From Vermamoeba vermiformis (taxonomy: Eukaryota), in the NCBI GenBank assembly GCA_045837725.1, contig JBEWZL010000301.1:1-64000 (forward strand): DNA of 64,000 nt, read 5' to 3'. The notes under the pieces are model-generated. The model ran no database searches, was not told the DNA's origin, and saw only the letters and a list, made by a program, of their open reading frames with translations. How positions within the stretch are numbered: position 1 is the stretch's first letter; the number at the start of each line of letters is the position of its first letter. This document shows, in pieces, positions 56,802 to 64,000 of this stretch. The position numbers and the translations under genes were made by a program.

Positions 56802-59177
56802 ATGGAATCCAAGCCAAGAGGAGCTCAGAAAATGAGCCTAATGGAATTTCTAACTTATTTGCCAGCATTAATCACGTTATTATTTTGCAGTTTGGCAACA
56901 ATTACTTCGACAGGTAAGATCTGAAAAAAAGAATAAGACTTTATTTGAAAATCAAAAATGCTATTAGTACTCGTCGTATTACCAAGATATTAATTTGTTG
57001 ACTTATATTAATTTTAGGAGTATCTTTGGCATTTTTTTTGGGCCTCAGCATTGGTCCCTTCGCTCTGATCGCGGGCTTTATTATTGGGCTAGGAAAATTA
57101 GAAAAAATTGTAGCTGATGAGCGTAAGACTACTATCGAAACTAAGGAAAAGGATATGGAAGAGAAAAAACAAGAAGAGGCTGGAACGCCAGACCTGGATG
57201 TGTCAATGTTCGACATAAAAGGTTACATCCGTATCACCGTCGACAAAATCGATAAATCTAGCGCCAAGGAGCATCTTAAGGCTAAAGAATGGACTTTTGG
57301 TACATTAAAGGCCAATATGCTGATGTGGAAAGACAATTCAAAGGTAAATCATTTTTCTCGATCTAGAATCTTTGCAAAGCCTCGTATTGACATTACTTTA
57401 ATTATAGACCACCAATCCTTATTCTACTGTTTTAACTCGCGGTGTTTTGAGCTTGGACGGCTGCGACATTGTCGTGATCAGAAATACCCCTGGAGCCACG
57501 TGGAAGAAAACAAATCACATCCGAATTACGCACCCTGACAGCACTCGCGTGTTAGTGCCGCCTAACGTCAAAACGATCAATATTATGCTCAGAACTGGCA
57601 AGGATCTGGAGGACTGGTACTACCAACTTTTGCGCGCATCACGCTTGACAAACAAGGTACGTTTAAGCTTTACCAAATACGAATCTATATAATAGATGGC
57701 ATTCCTACACTATCTAATGTATACACATGATATATAGCCATTTATAGTAAGTTTTATGATGTCACTAACACGCGTGTTTGCAGAGTGTTAAACCACTGGT
57801 AGAAAACATGAACTTCTTCACAGAGTTTTGCAAGAAGGTTAAGCCTATGCAAGTACGTATATATTAACTATTTAGTATTGAATTAGTCGATATGGATGTT
57901 AATGTAATGTGCTTTAGATGCCCGTGTCAGCTGATTGGTTCAACGCGCTCGTAGCGAGAATGTTCTTCAATACTTATCACGAGCGAAGTTTCCGTAAAGG
58001 ACTCGTGGGCCTTATTCAAAAGAAGATTGATAAAGTCAAAAAGCCTTCGTTAGTGGTAAGTTTTAGATGCGCGATCTAGCACCTTGACTTCATCTCTGGT
58101 TAACACCAATAATGTTTCGTAGAGCAAAATTGAAGTGCAGGAGATTACTTTAGCACCTCAAACTCCCATTATCAGCAATATTCAACTGATTTCTGTATCG
58201 CCCGCTGGCGAAGTGGTAAGTCGGCGCCAATCCAGATTTGGCAATGATTCGCAAATTCTCTTATTGTGCCTTTGTTAACGTACTCATTTTTTGTCTTTTA
58301 GCAAGTTGATTGCGATATGGACTATCAATCGCGCGACGGAGGATTCTACATCCGCATCGGCGTTGTGATCGACATCCGCGTCCCTGGTTTGGGCACCAGT
58401 GTCACGATTCCAATTGTCTTAGCCGCGCATTTGAACTCAATTAGAGGCAAGATGCACGTGCACATCAGTCCTCCTCCCGCAAACAAGTTGTGGATCGGTT
58501 TCTACAGCCCGCCAGTGTTGGACATGAAGGTCGAGACCGAGATCGGCAGCAAATACAAACTTGTGAACATTCCTAAGATTGCTGATATTATTGTCAACAA
58601 GCTTCAATCGGAAATGATTAAAATGATGGTGGTAAGTACTCTAATCTGACCGTTACACGCGATCGGATTCGCTCGTTCAAATCTTTCAAATCGTTTTAAT
58701 TTTGGCTAATAGTTATTAATCTATCGTTACTAATACGAATCTATCTTAGTTGCCTGAAATGGACGATTGGCCAGTTCCCTCAGTTAAGGATGCAGTCGAT
58801 TGGAGAACGTGGGAATGGGGCGGTACGCAATTTAGATTAATTATTATCGTGGTATGATTTAATCGAATAATTATGTAGAGGGCGTCAACGTACCTGAGAA
58901 CAAGAAGAAACCTGTTGTTCAATCTGCGCCATCCACACCGAAGCAAGAACCGAAGCAGGAGGTGAAGAGCGAAGGCTGTAGCCCTGCTACCTCGAGGAAA
59001 AATTCTATTGACGAGGTCAAGGATGTTTCATCGACGCCATTACCCCTACACCCAGTAAGAGCTCGACGAATCTCAACGATAGTGAACGACAAGGAAAAAG
59101 ATCCAAAAGAAGTGTTGCAGACCATTGACGCAGCTCTGCAACAAGCAGAAAATAGCGAAGAGCTCGTAGATATGTAA
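56802..59177 (+). CDS. TEX2/Nvj2-like SMP-domain lipid transfer protein (TM, PH-like, SMP)
   Basis: N-terminal TMs, LRTGKDLEDWYYQL, ADWFNALVARMFF and PPPANKLWIGF..PP..MVLPEMDDW. Confidence 0.88.
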
Positions 59178-59537
59178 TAATGATAGCTACGCTCGTTATT
59201 CTTCCACCACATCCGCCGTAATGTACATAAATTCAGATCTTACAACAGGAGAGAATGCTAGTCATAGTAATCAATATAGTATCGAGACCATTAATGGAAG
59301 GAAATATAGTGTTACAAAATTAGGAAACGCGCGAAAACAAAATCTAGCAATGTTAACTGACCAATCAGCGACGAGCTTTCTTTTAGGACTTTACCTTCAT
59401 TCTGGAATCACAACTGACTGAAGAGTGGCGAACAACAACAACAATTCTTAGTCAAGCATGATTTAGACGTCTCCATACAGCGATAACAGCAACAAAAAAC
59501 GAACAAAAATAATTGTACCGCGAATCAAAAAAACGGA

Positions 59538-62117
59538 ATGGAGAGCGACGTGGCTGTACCGAAGCAACATATGGTAAATCTGACAGACAGAATTTTTTTA
59601 CGTTAGTTAATATTATATTTCTTACATATTAACGTTTATTTCATAATGGTTACCTGATCAATTTTTTTCTTTCTTACAGAAGCAAAAGTCGGTCGGAACG
59701 ATAATGGTCGTACGTAATACATGTATAATATATTGATATTTAGATAATAACTCGATTATAGAAGCGTCCAATTAATGTAGGCAAGAGACCTGACAAACCT
59801 CCTCCCGTACCACCTGGTGCTACAAAACAACCTCAAAATGATAACAAACCAACACCAGTGGAGCCAAAACCATCAGAAGTACCACTTAGCGGTGCAGCAC
59901 CGACGGTAAGTTCCATTTATCCGCGCTCTTTGGGTTGAATCCGAATCTAATTTTTTTCTGAATCCAGAAATATGAATTTGTACCAATTGATATCGATGAT
60001 ATGATCAACAAATTAAATGACGAGATCAATGATATGCTGATTCCGGGTCAGAAGACTATTGATGACGTTGTCGAAGAAGACGGATTAACCCCGACACCGC
60101 CCGACCAAAATTCAACGAGTAATACCCGATCAAATAGTACAGTGTCAGACAACTCGGCCATGAGCAATACGCATGGTTCGGTGGATTCTACGCACCAAAG
60201 CAATGGTGGCATCTCTCCTCGATCCGCGATACCTGCCCACGTCAAAGATCCAAACCCTGGACCTCGATCGGCATCGGAGGGTACCGTAGCTAAGCCCCTG
60301 GATTTGAAGGAGAAATTTTCTAGATTTCATTCAAATCCGTTGAAACCAGACCAGCCAATTACGAAAGTCACTGTGATATCCCCGGGGAAGCAGCCGCCGC
60401 CAGTACCCACTTCGAGCCCGCCATCAGCATCCATAGACTCTCCCACTACCCCGAATGGACCTCATTCACTACCAGCACTTAGGCCATTCGGAATGGACTC
60501 GTACAGTGGTGCAGATAGCTCTCCCGCGCGTTCACTGGCCTCTTCCTCAGGCGCGATCGTAACTCCACCCAAGAAACCAGATCAATTAGGAACACCAAAA
60601 CAAGGCTCGCCAAGCACCCCCAAGAAAGTGGTAAGTAGTACGCTTGACATAAGGTCATTCTAACTCTAGTCTATTAGCTGCGTGTCAACGCCGATGGCTT
60701 GATCATTGTATCGAAAAATTTCGTGACAACGATCAAGGGAGGTGTGCTCGACAGAATTATTGACTATTTGGTGCGACAGCCAAGTCGTGACACAGACTCG
60801 ACGAATGCTTTCTTGCTTAACTATCGTAAATTCATTGAACCCTCACAACTCTTGGAGATTTTGTTCACCAAGCTACACAACGCGAAAAATGAGTCGACGA
60901 GTAGCAGCGATCAAGTTGCACTTCGATGCATCAATCTGATTCAGTACTGGGTCTCATCGCATTACCACGACTTTGCGGACGATCATGAGCTGTTAAGTGA
61001 CCTTCAGGAACGTCTGACACAGCTGAACGATGACCGCGCTAATCCCATACAGAAGACGATTAAGACCCAAGAAGCCGTAAGTCTGCAGAAACAAAAATTT
61101 TATGCCAGCATGTGTACTGATGATCCGTTTGATAGAAATACCGAAGTTTGCTAGCGAAGCCTCCAATGACTATTCTCAATCCCAACGCAAAGAAGGTGAA
61201 CCTGTTAGACTTCAAACCAGCCATTGTCAGCCAACAACTCTGTTTGTTCGAGCACGAGCTTTTCCGAGCCATTCATCCGAAAGAATTTTTGAATCAGAAC
61301 TGGGAGAAGCACAAAGAAAAGGCGCCAAACATTTGTCGTATGGTTGCGTGGTTTAATGCCCTCGCTGATTGGATTAGCGGAGGCATTCTTCAAGCTGCCA
61401 CAAACAAAGAGCGCGAAAAACGTAAGTTCTGACCTACGTAACAGACCGCGAAATTTCTAACACCTATTTTGCAGTGACAAAGTTTTGGATCGAGGTCGCG
61501 GACCAGTGCCGCATCAATAACAACTTCAACGCAGTGCAAGAGATTATGTCGGCCTTCACGGGCAATTCACTATATAGATTAAAGCCGTTGTGGGAGGTGA
61601 GTTGGATCTTGTCAACTTCCGTCCTGTTAGCGACCTCTAACGTTCCATCTATTGCAGAAAATCAATAAGAGCAAGAAGTGCTCGGTCATGCTTGATACTC
61701 TGAGACAAGTGATTGATCCAGTACTGAGCCACAAGGTTTACCGAGAGGCACTGAAAGGTGTCGTTGGCGCGTGCATTCCTTTCATGTCGTTGATTTTGAA
61801 GGACTTGATTCACATCGAGGACGGCAATCCGAACATGCTGCCTGTAGAAGGTCGTAATGACATCATTAACTTCGACAAGGCGATGCGAATTTCAGCGATC
61901 ATTGGCCACCAATCGCCGTCCATTCTCGGATTCCAAACTGAACTGTACCAGTTCCCGAAAGTCGAAGCCGTGTACAATATCTTCAATAAGTAAGTAACTG
62001 TTAGTAATAGTATAAGGCCAAGGACTAATACCGTTGCATAGTGGTCTCTGCGTATTATCGGAGGATGAAAGATACCAACTTTCGCTCAAGATCGTACCTA
62101 AAAAAACCGCCAAGTAA
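59538..62117 (+). CDS. RasGEF (REM + CDC25 domains) with a Pro/Ser-rich N-terminus
   Basis: IKGGVLDRIIDYL, FLLNYRKF, QLCLFEHELFRAI, NNFNAVQEI, CIPFMSLILKDLIHIEDGNP and INFDK. Confidence 0.95.
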
Positions 62118-62339
62118 ATTTTTTGTTAGAATTTTGTATTTTAAACCATAAGTAAATAGTGCGTTCATTAACCGACGTTGAAGGTTCGAGTATGTTCGTA
62201 AAAGGAAATTGTATTTTTAAACGCAGAAAACAGACAGAGTTTTCATTGTTTTTCTGTGTTGCAATGTCATCTCGTGGTGCACCACGCGCCTTCGGGCGAA
62301 CGTTGCGCGTTATGCCAGTCATATTTGTTCCATAACAGG

Positions 62340-64000
62340 ATGGCTGCAGCTGGATGGATCGACGAATCCGTCCTCTTGAAGGTTATTCCATTGTCTCAGT
62401 TGGCAGCATATGAATGGGATACGACTACAAATGAGACAAAATATAACGAAGCATTTTTCAATTTGTTTGGAGTGGACAAGAATGATCCAAAAGCAATTGA
62501 AGATCTAAAGGCACTAAAATTTGTTGTGGATAAAGAAGAAGCGATAAAAGAAACAGGAAGACTAGTAAATTATGCAAACAGCTTGGATTTGTCAAAAGAG
62601 GGTAATTATTTAATCAGATCAAAACTTGAAAAACAAATTTGATTGAATGCATACTGATAGTAATCTATTAGTATTACAATAACAACGCCGAAATTGCTAA
62701 TTTTCTATCAGTAATTAAACGTTACACAAAGTTTTATTTCTGGTGGATTTGGCCTATTACCGTTACTGAATTACTTGTTGCGCCCTTGTCTAATTGTAAT
62801 AATGTAATTTTAGACATAGTCATTTCGAACGAAGGCCGGTTTGATTTCATTTACCGCTTGAGAGTAGCGGATGGATCTATTAAATGGGCTAATACGAGAG
62901 GCAGCATTGTTGTAGAAACAAATATCGATAGTAACACGAATAGAGCAACAAAGCACGTGAAACTCGTCGGTATAGTCCAAGATCTGACGAAAGTGTGGGA
63001 TAGATTCAAAAGTGAAGTACCCAACGGCAGCGTAGCGTCAAACGAAGTCGAAAATTCCATGCTCGTCACCGAGGCAATACCTCACTTAGTGTGGGCTAAC
63101 TACGTAAGCGATTTTTCGCGATCTTTCTAAACACTACGTGATTTATTTAAATGACAAGCGTTGCTAACCTCCAATATGTAGCCTTCAGGAGAGCCTTCCT
63201 ACTTCAACTCGCGATGGGCGGACTATACAGGCATAACATTATTTGACTTGGCGCAGTTGGGCTGGTCTTGGGAGACCGTTATACATCCGGACGATGTTAA
63301 AGGTACTTTGGAGGCGTGGAACAGAGCTTTGGGTAGCGTAAGTATAGCACTACATAAAAGCCATTCTTTTATCGAGATCTATTGGATCGAGTTTCAGATC
63401 TGACTTTGTTATTAATAACTAGATTTCCTCTATTAACTTTTAATACTTGTAGGGCCAAGACTACGAAGCTCGATTTAGATTGCGAAGACGCGACGGCCAA
63501 TATCGATGGCATCTAGGACGAGGAGTTCCTATTAAAGGCTCAGACGGAAGCATCAAACGATGGTTCAGCACGTGCACCGATATTCACGATCAAAAGATGT
63601 TAGAAGAAAAAGCTACGGCGTCAGAATTGAGATTGAAGTGGCTGATACAAAGCTTCCCGGTTAATATTTGGACGATCGATAACAATGCAATCATTACGTT
63701 CATGAACCAACAACCGTCCACAGACGACATCGGATTCGGTACGTGCAACATTAGTGTTATAAAGACACTTAATAGGATCAATTTGAAGTTCTCACAATGA
63801 AATTTCAAAAGATTATTGAAGTGTCAAAGTGTCTAATTGTTGCTTATTAAGTTCCGTCCTGGATCGGCAGATCGTTGTACGAGTACATCGATGCTAAAGG
63901 CTTGGTCGAGTTGAAGCCAGTTCTCGAGAGAGCGCGCAAAGGAGAGAATTTCTCGCAAGAAATCAACGTTGACAAGTACTGGTTTGACGTGCATTTTTGG
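62340..64000 (+). CDS. Multi-PAS sensor protein (probable histidine kinase), truncated by the window end
   Basis: PAS/PAC repeats: YRLRVADGSIKWANTRG, EAIPHLVW..FNSRWADYTG..IHPDD..RLRRRDGQYRWHLGRG..TCTDIHDQK. The kinase domain is not in the window. Confidence 0.85.

Overview
This window is the left end of a eukaryotic chromosome, most likely from a free-living protist such as an amoebozoan (inferred from TTAGGG telomeres, the standard code, many short GT-AG introns and the gene content). Bases 1-238 are a (CCCTAA)n telomere. About 6.8 kb of CpG-depleted subtelomere follows, carrying inverted repeats, a ~139-bp palindromic satellite and a decayed, intron-containing piggyBac-like transposase. 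From ~7 kb the DNA is gene-dense: P450, EGF/PSI-TRP-like membrane protein, BSD protein, RlaP-like nucleotidyltransferase, LPAAT, DUSP, Gsp-synthetase-like ligase, surface proteins, Kazal protein, ARH1, ABCC, SANT/C2H2 factor, HPt, sedolisin, SET protein, nu-GST, EEF2KMT, three F-box genes, TEX2-like SMP protein, RasGEF and a truncated PAS sensor. The standout is a five-exon gene (38993-40221) encoding a single-chain H2B-H2A.Z histone doublet with an FG-motif/acidic tail, directly followed by a SET gene with altered catalytic motifs. All gene models were spliced and translated by eye, and no database search was run.
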